A stretch of 63,890 nt of DNA, counting the filler, from an uncultured Methanosarcinales archaeon (GTDB taxonomy: Archaea; Nanobdellota; Nanobdellia; Woesearchaeales; BS150m-G63), in assembly GCA_964630685.1 (NCBI GenBank). It is 5 parts of 5 records of this genome, joined end to end, with 100 filler letters (N's around TTAATTAATTAA, not from the genome) between each part and the next. Parts side by side here need not be neighbours in the genome. Positions count along the whole stretch, not along the records: positions 46,741 to 59,234 come from CAZVVW010000019.1; positions 59,335 to 63,890 come from CAZVVW010000022.1; 3 more parts are not named here. One strand, 5' to 3'. Numbering within the stretch: position 1 is the first letter of the stretch; the number at the start of each line of letters is the position of its first letter. The notes below the pieces were generated by a model. It did not search any database. It worked only from the letters and a program-made list of their open reading frames with translations, and had not been told where the DNA came from. A program made the translations under genes and the position numbers. Below are positions 55,501-63,890 of this stretch, in pieces.

Positions 55501-56095
55501 GGTTTGTGATTCTTTCGTGATAGTCATATAGTTCTGTAGAATATCTTTTGATTTCTTCTTCTGTTGGGTCGTATGGGGCATACCCTTTCTTTTTTCTTAT
55601 ATAATCCGCTATTAAAACCGACACAGACGCTCCTGTCCCTCCTGCACTCCTAATTGGTCCAGAATAAAATAAAGCCATATACTCTTTTCCATCTTTTCTT
55701 TTTTTGAGTTTTAATTCAACAAAACCTTCTAAAGGGGATGCCACTGTTCCCAAGGTATGGTATGCAAATCCTGCACGGATGCCAATTTCCATTGCTTCTT
55801 TTTCGTCTTCGAATTTACAAAATTTTTCGTTTGCTATTTCTTCTGCTATTATGAGTGAGATTCTCCAATCTAAAAATCCATATTTTTTTTCTAGCTCCCT
55901 TATTCTTTTAGTCATTCCTTTGCCTTTTAATTGTGGGGCAACGGTACTAATTAGGCCTTCTACTTTTTCTGGCATATCCTTTGCTATGACTATACTGGGG
56001 GTTTTTTCAGGATCTAACCCCTTTTTTCTTGCTGCTGAGGCTATTTTGAATGCGTCTTGTGTGTTTTTTTCTATTTCTTCAAAATATTTATCCAT
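52568..56095 (-). CDS. polC: DNA polymerase D large subunit DP2
   Basis: GPIRSAGGT, GARMGRPEK, RRDCDGDE, C-terminal PIP-like QTGLGHWF. Confidence 0.98.
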   Translation of the reverse strand: MDKYFEEIEKNTQDAFKIASAARKKGLDPEKTPSIVIAKDMPEKVEGLISTVAPQLKGKGMTKRIRELEKKYGFLDWRISLIIAEEIANEKFCKFEDEKEAMEIGIRAGFAYHTLGTVASPLEGFVELKLKKRKDGKEYMALFYSGPIRSAGGTGASVSVLIADYIRKKKGYAPYDPTEEEIKRYSTELYDYHERITNLQYLPSIEEIEFLVKHLPVQIDGGPSEKIEVSNHKDLARVETNKIRNGVCLTLGEGIAQKAPKLWKQLSNWGHDFGLKQWDFLEQFISLQKKIKSKEQKNEEGTEEQKIKPDFTFIKDLVAGRPVLTHPLAPGGFRLRYGRSRTSGYSATSVHPATMIVLNKYIATGTQLKLERPGKATTTTPCETIDGPIVKLTNGSVVCIHSEKEAQKQIPFIQDILFLGDILINYGDFLNRAHPLVPPGYCPEWWVQELEKSTVNLFGSLDLDKLSELIGIKPENISHLLKNPLTTKISSKAAINISKKLKIPLHPEYTYHWNLISLNQLGSLLNSIQNSNIQKQGKDISKIIIPQEETTKSALESIGLPHLFVNKEFIVIEKQEALALAFSLNISKKEYLQKVKETIKQNPQDKPLEIINKLQEIKIRDKSGVFIGARMGRPEKAKMRKLTGSPHTLFPVGDQGGRLRCFQASLEEGTVRAEFPTYFCKKCNKPRISPLCEFCGLETTKKYNCKICGSIDQKECKHGENPSFKIQDLDIKEYFNNSLSKLKTKVYPDLIKGVRGTSNKEHIPEPLIKGILRAEQSIYVNKDGTTRYDMTQLPLTHFKPSEVKTDIEKLKQMGYTKDIYGKELKEEDQLLELKPQDIILPKNKGAVEDGAHKIFLRISKFIDNLLVKFYGLKKYYELKNYKDLAGHLVAILAPHTSAAIVGRIVGFSDTQGLYCSPVLHAATRRDCDGDEACAILLMDVFLNFSRQYLPAHRGSTQDSPLIISSKLIPAEVDDMVFDIDFSWKYPLEFYEATLEYKNPWDTKIPIFQSRLNTPKQYSDFGFTHPINNINSGITCSSYKTLPSMEEKLRGQMILAEKIRAVDEVDVARIVIEKHFIKDIKGNLRKFSTQAFRCVHCNEKYRRPPLIGNCMKCGGKVIFTVSEGSIVKYLNPTISLSEKYNLKPYLKQSIALTKKMVASIFGEEKETQTGLGHWFG

Positions 56096-56096
56096 A

Positions 56097-57671
56097 TTAA
56101 AACCTCAAAATTTTGATGGCTCTTGTTTTTAGGTTAACTATGGGTACTCTTGCTGGTTCTGGGTGATGTCCCACTTTTTCTTGGAAACTTGTTTTAGATT
56201 GCCAGCAACTCCCACAAATCAGATTTATATTTTTATAAGAAGATACCGAACATTTATGGATGTGTCCTGTTACAAAAAAATCAGGTATTTTTTCTATTAT
56301 TAATGGATCTTCTTTTTTAGGAATATAAGGTGTTGATGTGTATGTTGGTGCTAAATGTCTTCTTTGTAATAAATGTTTCATGATAAGGTCTGCCCTATCA
56401 TACCCTCCTTGATTTCTTACTGCCCCAACATTAGCTACATAAAAATCAAAAGAATATCCGTGGTAGAGCAGTACATCAAAACCCGAAAAAGTTTCGGAAG
56501 AATGTATATTTATTAAAGAAGGGTTGCTAACAATAGTTAAATTAGGTAATTCATAAATATCGCTTGCAAATTCTTTATAAAAAGGAGGTTGTGGTTCTGC
56601 TATATGTGATGCATCGTGATTTCCTGGGCAAGCTATTATTTCGATGTTTGAAGGGATTCTTTTTAATAATTTTGCACATTGAGCATATTGTTCTATTATG
56701 TCTTTTATTTCTAATTCTTCGTCTTGGTTAGGGTATATTCCAACCCCATCTACTAAATCTCCAGCTATAAACACATATTTTACTTTTTTGGCTATTTCTT
56801 TTTGGGTTGGGTTGCCTGTTTTCCCACTTATCCAATCTAAAAATTTGTTAAAATTTTCTGGGAGAAATTGTTTAGACCCTACGTGAAGGTCTGAAAGGAA
56901 TATTGCGTATGATTCTTCTTTTGCTTTTTTTATTTCTTGGGTAGGTAAATCTGGCAAAACCATGCTATTTGTAAAAATTATGTTATCTCCATTAGACCCT
57001 TTAATTCCAATCACTTCGTCTGTTAAAGTGTTTTCTGCTATTGAAAAAAGTTCTGGCTTGTTTTTATTAACTAATACATTTATGGACCCTGTAAGGTCTT
57101 CTAATTCAAATAAAATATTGCCATTTTTTGTTGTTCTTTTTTCTTTGATCATACCTATTAAAGATACTTCTTCCTTAGATTTTCTTTCTTTTATCCTCTT
57201 TATAGAAATCGAATTGTTTAATTCTGGTCTGCTTTGGAGAAATGACCTTAATATATTATATCTGTGGTTGAATAATTCCACAAAAGATTGTATTTCTCTT
57301 TTTTTGGGGTCTTCTTTAAATGACTTTATTATTTTTATTCTTTTATTGGGTTTGGGAGGAGATTTATATGTTTGTGTTTTATCTGACAATAGTAATTCTA
57401 AAAAATTAATATAACTGTCTGTTCCTTTTTTTTCTGTGAGAGATTTACATTTATCTAATTCTTTCCAATTTATATTTAGTTCTTTTTTTTCTATAAATGA
57501 AGGTATTAATTCTTTATATAATAAAACTAAATCATTTTGGTTTTGTTGGTTTAATGAATTTAATAATGTGTAGTGGTTAGTTTTGTTAACTGAAGATATT
57601 GTTTCTGGGCTAATTAATATTTGTTTATTTAAAAAAGAATATATTACTTTTTTTTGTTCTGAAATGTCCAT
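56097..57671 (-). CDS. polB: DNA polymerase D small subunit DP1
   Basis: SDLHVGS, GDLVDG, PGNHD, RRHLAP, GHIH. Confidence 0.97.
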   Translation of the reverse strand: MDISEQKKVIYSFLNKQILISPETISSVNKTNHYTLLNSLNQQNQNDLVLLYKELIPSFIEKKELNINWKELDKCKSLTEKKGTDSYINFLELLLSDKTQTYKSPPKPNKRIKIIKSFKEDPKKREIQSFVELFNHRYNILRSFLQSRPELNNSISIKRIKERKSKEEVSLIGMIKEKRTTKNGNILFELEDLTGSINVLVNKNKPELFSIAENTLTDEVIGIKGSNGDNIIFTNSMVLPDLPTQEIKKAKEESYAIFLSDLHVGSKQFLPENFNKFLDWISGKTGNPTQKEIAKKVKYVFIAGDLVDGVGIYPNQDEELEIKDIIEQYAQCAKLLKRIPSNIEIIACPGNHDASHIAEPQPPFYKEFASDIYELPNLTIVSNPSLINIHSSETFSGFDVLLYHGYSFDFYVANVGAVRNQGGYDRADLIMKHLLQRRHLAPTYTSTPYIPKKEDPLIIEKIPDFFVTGHIHKCSVSSYKNINLICGSCWQSKTSFQEKVGHHPEPARVPIVNLKTRAIKILRF

Positions 57672-57685
57672 TTTTTAGCATTCTT

Positions 57686-58897
57686 TTAAGAAAGATCTAA
57701 CCCTCCTTCAATAATCTTTTTGACTTCTTTTTGGGTGTGGAGAGGGATTGCTACTTTTATTTCTCTAGTTCTCCCGTATCTTCCTTTAGAAATTATTTTT
57801 GCATTAATAACTCCTAACATATCTAATTCAGAAATTATGTCTGATAATCTTCTTTGAGTTAGTGGCCTCAATCCTGCTTGAACGCATATTTTTTTATAAT
57901 TTTCATATACTTCCCCTGCAAAAATAAGATTTTTCTTTTGGTTGTTTACTTCTAAAATAGAATAAAGTGTTGCTTGAAATTGTTTGGGTTGCGATGCTGC
58001 TATTTCTAACATCCTATCTCTTTCTATTCTTTTTTCTGCTTCATCTATGTGTTCTAATTCTACTTTGTTTAAGTTATTTCTTTCTGTAATTTCCCCTGCT
58101 ACCCTTAATAAATCTAAGGCCCTTCTTGCATCTCCATGTTCTCTTGCAGCATATGCTGCGCATTTAGAAACTACCCCTTCTGCTATCTTTCCTTGTTTAA
58201 ATGCTTTTTTGGCTCTTTGATTTAAGATGTCTTGTAATTGGATAGCATTATAAGGTGGAAAAACAAGTTCTTCTTCTGAAAGAGAACTTTTGACTCGTGG
58301 GTCTAATGATTCGCTGAATGTAAGGTTATTTGATATTCCCACTATAGATAATTGAGAATTTTTCAGTTCTGAATTAATCCTTGTTAAATTGTAAAGTAAC
58401 CTGTCTCCTGTTTTTTTGACTAACTCGTCTATCTCATCAAGAATTATTATTAATAACTTTTCTGATTTATCTAAACTTTCAAAAAATAAATTATATATTT
58501 CGTCTGTAGGTAATCCTGTAACTGGTATTTCTCTTCCAAATTCTCTAGCTAAGTGAGCCATTAACCTATATTCTGTGTCTGTAACCTTTTTTAATTTACA
58601 ATTTACATATATAATTTTAAGAGGTACTTTGTTTTTTTCTGCCATATCAATGATCTGAGAAGATACGTATTTGATAGATATTGTTTTGCCTGTTCCTGTT
58701 TTTCCGTAGAGAAATATATTTGATGGCTTTTCCGATTTAAGTGTTGGTGCAAATATATGTGCTAATTCTTTTATTTGTTTGTCCCTATGAGGTATTGTTT
58801 CAGGAGAATAATTTGATTGTAATGTTTTTTTATCTTTAAATATACTTTCTTTTTTAAGGTATTCCTCAAAAAATCCAGATAATCCTTTTTGCGTCAT
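57686..58897 (-). CDS. cdc6: Orc1/Cdc6 initiator
   Basis: GKTGTGKT, ILDEID, DPRVKSSL, GDARRALD, GRYGRT. Confidence 0.97.
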   Translation of the reverse strand: MTQKGLSGFFEEYLKKESIFKDKKTLQSNYSPETIPHRDKQIKELAHIFAPTLKSEKPSNIFLYGKTGTGKTISIKYVSSQIIDMAEKNKVPLKIIYVNCKLKKVTDTEYRLMAHLAREFGREIPVTGLPTDEIYNLFFESLDKSEKLLIIILDEIDELVKKTGDRLLYNLTRINSELKNSQLSIVGISNNLTFSESLDPRVKSSLSEEELVFPPYNAIQLQDILNQRAKKAFKQGKIAEGVVSKCAAYAAREHGDARRALDLLRVAGEITERNNLNKVELEHIDEAEKRIERDRMLEIAASQPKQFQATLYSILEVNNQKKNLIFAGEVYENYKKICVQAGLRPLTQRRLSDIISELDMLGVINAKIISKGRYGRTREIKVAIPLHTQKEVKKIIEGGLDLS

Positions 58898-59203
58898 AAT
58901 AACTTACCCCCAATAAAATTATGTTATGTTTTGCATAGGAAATGTAGGTTTTTAAATATTATTGTAGTGTAGAATATACTCTTATACCTACACCTTGATT
59001 TCTTATAGAGATTATGTGTTTTGGTTTTGAAGTGTTTTGTTTTTTAGATATTTTTGTTTTTATTTTACATGTATCTTTTTTCTTTTTCTTTGCTTTTTGA
59101 TTATATTAGTCATTATTTTATTATTATTTCTTTAATATTATATTCTTAGATTGTTATATCTATATTCTTATTTTTTTATTATAAATAACTGGCATCATTA
59201 TCC

Positions 59204-59234
<31 letters not shown>

Positions 59235-59334
59235 NNNNNNNNNNNNNNNNNNNNNNNNNNNNNNNNNNNNNNNNNNNNTTAATTAATTAANNNNNNNNNN
59301 NNNNNNNNNNNNNNNNNNNNNNNNNNNNNNNNNN

Positions 59335-61331
59335 TGATTTGATACTCCCAAAACAGTAAATTCTGTTTCAGGGTGGTTTAAAGGTTTTGTTTTATCTTCA
59401 TTTACAACCAAATAACTTTTCAAAGGGACAATTGGATATTGAAATCCTTTTCTTAAAATTTCTTCCAGCTTCTTTAGTTTGTTATTGCCTTCTAAAGTCT
59501 TTTTATCTAATTTACTCAAATACTCTCTTGCGATATCCATTTGTAAGGCGTCATCTGGATTGAAAGAAGCTAAAATTTGTAATGCAGTTTTAGTATTATC
59601 AGATTCTGTGAGGTTTTTGTATCTTTTTCCAATTTTTGAATCGTTTTTAATTTCCACATCTTTTAAAACTTTTCGCCAATCTTGTTTTTGCTCATCACTT
59701 AAACTACTCCTATAATTCTGCAAATTAAAATGATATGAATGAGCTTTTTCTATGGCTTTGGTTATTTCATTTTCCACTTGGCTTTCCACTAGATTATCAA
59801 ATTGCCAAAGTTTTTCATCATACATCTCTTTTTTGATTTTTTTATCTGCAAGCTTCTTATCCAAGCCTTCTAGTAGTTTCTCTCTCTTCTTTTTGTTCTT
59901 TTCTGTAATCTTCACTGTGACTTCTTTTGTAATTCTTTCTTCAATTCGCGGATCAAGTGTTTCAATTTGTTCTTTTGACACACAAAAACTGTGTTTTGTA
60001 TCTTGTGGCATATTTCCGGCTTTGATTTCATCAAAAAGCTCTATAAGCTCAGGAATTTGATTGCCTTTAATCTTTTTACGATTTGTTCCCATTGAAAAAC
60101 CATCATTTTCAATTTTGTAATACCACACAAAATCTGTTGGTTCTCCTTTTTCAAAATAAAGAATTGAAGTTTTGGCACCTTGTCCGCTTTTGCTTACAAA
60201 TACGCCTTGAGGCAGACTAATTACCGCTTTAAGATTTGTGTCGTCCAAAAGTATCTTTCGCAATGCTCTAGCACTATTTTGTCCCCATGTTAAAAATCCC
60301 TCTGATACAACAACAGCACATCTACCTTTTTCTTTTAATAAGTCGAACATCAATTTAACAAACAAAATTGTTGTTTCTGATTCTTTGGAATATTCTTCCC
60401 AAACATTGGGGTATGCTGGTTGATCTCGTTCAGCACCAAAAGGAGGATTCGCAATTACTACACTTTTACTATTTCCATCACGAGCAGGATCAAACATTTT
60501 CAAGCTATCGCCTTGATCAATATTATGCGGATTAAGTCCACGAATATACATATTTACCGCTGCCATTTTTCTAATTCTGCCTTGATATTCAATTCCGCTA
60601 ATTCCTGTTCTATAAAACATATTTGCAATATTTTCTGCCGGGAAATTTCTTGTTTTTTGTGCTTTTTCTATCACATAATCATAGGCATCAAATAAAAAAC
60701 CAGCAGTTCCACAAGCAGGGTCGAAAATAGTGTCTTCAAAATCAGGATCAACCATTTTTACCATCATATCGCGAATATGGTCAGGGGTTCTATAAAGTCC
60801 TAAATCTTTGGTACCACCTGTTTCAGAAAGAGCAGATTCAATAGCATCGCCAAGCAAATCTGTTTTTAGGATATATTTTTCTTCAATTTCATTAACAAGT
60901 CCGATAACTTCAGCAATAACACCACCTTTTACATTGTTGGTAAAATTTGAATTTGCAAAAACTTCTTCCATTAAGACTAACTGATCTTGCATTTTTTGTG
61001 GTAAATTGCCTGTTATTACTTTTCTTGTTTTGGAAAGAATAGAAGCATAAAAAGGAAAAATATTTTGATTTAATTCTGACAATATTTGCTCGCCATTTAG
61101 AGAAAGAAGATGAGAAAAAAGTAAACGATAATCTTCACCTTCAAAAAGTGATCGTAATGGTTTAAAAACGGATTCTTGTTTTAGTTTTGCTTCAAAAATA
61201 CGAAGAAGTAAAAGCTCAATAATATACTCCACGCGCTCTACTGGAGTACCAGCAGGTCGTAGTTTATTGTGAAGCCTTTTAAGAATATTATTTGTTTCAC
61301 TGTCTGTGTAGTGTACGGTTGATCTGCTCAT
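59335..61331 (-). CDS. hsdM: Type I-like N6-adenine methyltransferase, probably fused to a specificity domain (3' truncated)
   Basis: YRTP, DPACGTAGF, NPPF; C-terminal YPIVPLKSYL resembles an HsdS TRD start. Confidence 0.88.
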
Positions 61332-61334
61332 AAT

Positions 61335-63713
61335 TTATACTTTAAAAGTTGTTTGTAATTCCTCAAACACCTGAGGGAAGCGGTTATCAAAAACTTGATT
61401 TACTTCTTGATAATCTAAACCAATAATTCTAATAAATATTGGATTTTCAAATATTTCTTGAGGGGTAATCTTTTTCTTTTCCGCAATATTAGCCGAAACA
61501 ATATCTTTCATATCGCGCAGAACCTGAATTTGTTTATCATTAAAATTATAGGTTGTAATGTAGGATTCAAAACCATTTTCTACTCGCTGTTTTGGTGTTG
61601 GGATTTGTTTTATCTTAAGTGCGTGTAAAAAGAAATCCCAAATTGAACCTTGTTCAAAATCATAGACTTTTTGCAATTGACCTTCATCAAGATAAATGTT
61701 TGGATTTTTGGTCCAATTTTTGATCGTCTCCAAATCTTTCTCCTCTGGTTCATATCCTTTATCTTTTTGAAGTCTTTCTTTTAATTTTACTATTTCTTTT
61801 GCTTCAGTTTTCTGTAATTCATCTTCAAAAAGTCCTTTCGCTTTCTTAATAGGTATATTATCAATAACTTGTATTTTATCACCATGTAAATATACACGTT
61901 GAATAAGATGAGCAGGATCTGGATTATCAATTATTCCTGTTCCACCTGTTCCGTGTTTCCCAGAACCGGCACCTTGACTTGTCGTTCCTCCTGCAAGTGT
62001 TATTATTTTTTTATTTTTTTTCTCTGTACCTTTTCCATTATCTTCCATTTTTTTACACAACCCAACAAAATCTAATACTTTAAAACTAAATTTACCTGTT
62101 TTTGGGTCAAGTCTTGAGCCTCGTCCAATCATTTGGATATATTTTCCAACTGATTTCGTAAGATTGGCAAAAGAAATATAACGAACGTTAGGCACATCAA
62201 CACCTGTTGTCATAATATCAACAGAAACAGCAATAAATGGTTTGTGATTTTGATCTTTGAACCATTTTTTAAAGGTTGCATTTAATTCATTATTATCTGA
62301 AATAATTGCTTCTGCATAACGCGGACTTAATTCATCATCTTTTGTTTTAAAAACCTGATTTATTGCTTTTACCAACAAAACACAATGAGCTTGGCTTGCA
62401 CCATATAATATGGCTTTTTCGCCATATTCAGTACGCTCTTTTAATTCTTCTGCTATTCGCAAACAATTATCCCATGCAATAAACTTTTTATTTAACTGTT
62501 CTAATTTAATATTTTTTTTGCTATCTAAGGCAATTTCTTCATCAGATTTAATATCTTTGTATTTATCAAATTCAATTCCAATTTCACGAGCAGTCTTAAT
62601 TAATTCTGTTTCTACAGATAAAACTGTATATGGTGCTAAAAAGCCTTCACTTATTCCACGAGTGAGATCAAATTCATAATCTGGTTTTCCTGTCTCGCAT
62701 CCAAATAATTTATACGTGTCGAGAATTGCTAAATCTTCTTCGGGTATATCTTTGCCTTTTTTTGCGATAGCTATCCTTGGTGTTGCTGTTAATCCAATTC
62801 TAGGACACAAAAAATGATCAAATATAAGTTTTCGATTAATGTTTATTGAACGATGACATTCATCCACAATGATTAAATCATAAAACGTACTTGGAATATT
62901 TTGATATATATTTTCCAAGGTATCTATTACGACAACATGAACTTGTGCATTTTTATATTTTTTATAGTTACCTGACGTAATTCTAACAGTAGAATATTCT
63001 TTACTAATAAGGGAAAACCCATCATTAAGTGCTTGATCAGCAAGCATTATACGATCCACAATAAACAATACTCTTTTTGCCATATTATATTCCAATAATG
63101 CTTTTGTAAGTGCGACAGTCGTTCTGGTCTTACCCAAACCAGTAGCCATATGAACAAGCATTTTTTGCTTACCTTCTCTATATCTTTCAATAAGTGTTTC
63201 AATACATTCAAGTTGAAAATACATTTCTTTCCCGCAATTCGGATTCATCCCTCCGGCAATAGTTTTATCTATTGTAATTTTTCGATCTAAATTCTTTTTT
63301 CTTGCCTGCTCAATTTTTAATTGCATTTCTTCCAAAGACATAAAATTATTCACTTGCCTAAATTCACCTGCTTCAAGTCCCTTCCATTCGGTGTCATAAA
63401 AAAGAGTTCTTTCTGGTGAGCAAGCATAAAGAAAACGAGGTTTTAGAACAGTTGCATATAACGTGCTCAATTTAGTTAAGGCCTTTTTTTCGTCGTCAAA
63501 TTTATTTTCAAAAATAGCAACTATATCACCATTTAAATCAGTAAGAGTAATATCGGGTTTTATACTTTTTTTACCCTTAAACATTTTTTGTTGTTCAGCT
63601 GTAAGATTATATTCTTGTTGGTATAACAAGGTATCACCACGTTTCCAGCCTAGTTTATATAGCTCTTCTATAATTTTTAAATCAGTATCAGTTGCTTCGT
63701 TGATTTTAGCCAT
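61335..63713 (-). CDS. hsdR: Type I restriction endonuclease R subunit
   Basis: PD...ENK nuclease, MATGLGKT, DECH, LTATP, TGVDVP, QMIGRGSR. Confidence 0.92.
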   Translation of the reverse strand: MAKINEATDTDLKIIEELYKLGWKRGDTLLYQQEYNLTAEQQKMFKGKKSIKPDITLTDLNGDIVAIFENKFDDEKKALTKLSTLYATVLKPRFLYACSPERTLFYDTEWKGLEAGEFRQVNNFMSLEEMQLKIEQARKKNLDRKITIDKTIAGGMNPNCGKEMYFQLECIETLIERYREGKQKMLVHMATGLGKTRTTVALTKALLEYNMAKRVLFIVDRIMLADQALNDGFSLISKEYSTVRITSGNYKKYKNAQVHVVVIDTLENIYQNIPSTFYDLIIVDECHRSININRKLIFDHFLCPRIGLTATPRIAIAKKGKDIPEEDLAILDTYKLFGCETGKPDYEFDLTRGISEGFLAPYTVLSVETELIKTAREIGIEFDKYKDIKSDEEIALDSKKNIKLEQLNKKFIAWDNCLRIAEELKERTEYGEKAILYGASQAHCVLLVKAINQVFKTKDDELSPRYAEAIISDNNELNATFKKWFKDQNHKPFIAVSVDIMTTGVDVPNVRYISFANLTKSVGKYIQMIGRGSRLDPKTGKFSFKVLDFVGLCKKMEDNGKGTEKKNKKIITLAGGTTSQGAGSGKHGTGGTGIIDNPDPAHLIQRVYLHGDKIQVIDNIPIKKAKGLFEDELQKTEAKEIVKLKERLQKDKGYEPEEKDLETIKNWTKNPNIYLDEGQLQKVYDFEQGSIWDFFLHALKIKQIPTPKQRVENGFESYITTYNFNDKQIQVLRDMKDIVSANIAEKKKITPQEIFENPIFIRIIGLDYQEVNQVFDNRFPQVFEELQTTFKV

Positions 63714-63890
63714 AAGTTGTTATTCAATTTAAGTAATTGTATTGTATTCGTTTTCCCCTTATAAATAAATGTTTTCGGAGCGGAGCGGAGAAAACTCCTT
63801 ATATTCCCCTCTAAAAATAAAGAAAAAGAAATTTGAAAATTTTTTAAAACAATTGGGCGATAGCCCAGAAAAGAAAAGGAATATTTCAGC

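Noticed and set aside
48518..56095. Inteins in MCM or DP2
   Set aside because: Normal lengths and uninterrupted catalytic motifs

Overview
AT-rich DPANN-type archaeal genome fragment, most consistent with Woesearchaeota (inferred from gene content and rRNA motifs). It consists of five contigs joined by artificial 100-nt N-TTAATTAATTAA-N linkers, so adjacency across linkers is not evidence. Contig 1: surface proteins, a membrane-anchored HEPN / orphan ABC-TMD / PLD trio, and a type IV pilus locus with about 7 pilin-like genes and a giant Ig/Fn3 protein. Contig 2: a linked 16S-tRNA-Ala-23S operon whose 16S carries a 144-nt bulge-helix-bulge intron inside the 806R primer site; then a co-oriented cluster of NFACT-R, an intact GAF-GGDEF diguanylate cyclase, lysS, rimB-like and rimK; then an MNT with a HEPN pseudogene. 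Contig 3: two ~1.1-kb MNT-HEPN toxin-antitoxin cassettes, each bounded by a copy of the thyX 3' end, followed by housekeeping genes. Contig 4: replication cluster (rnp3, ORB-like repeats, tbp, mcm, RPA-like, DP2, DP1, cdc6). Contig 5: type I-like R-M system. Most notable: the thyX-anchored integrase-less TA cassette array, the archaeal GGDEF-RimB-RimK cluster, the 16S intron, and a candidate origin away from cdc6.
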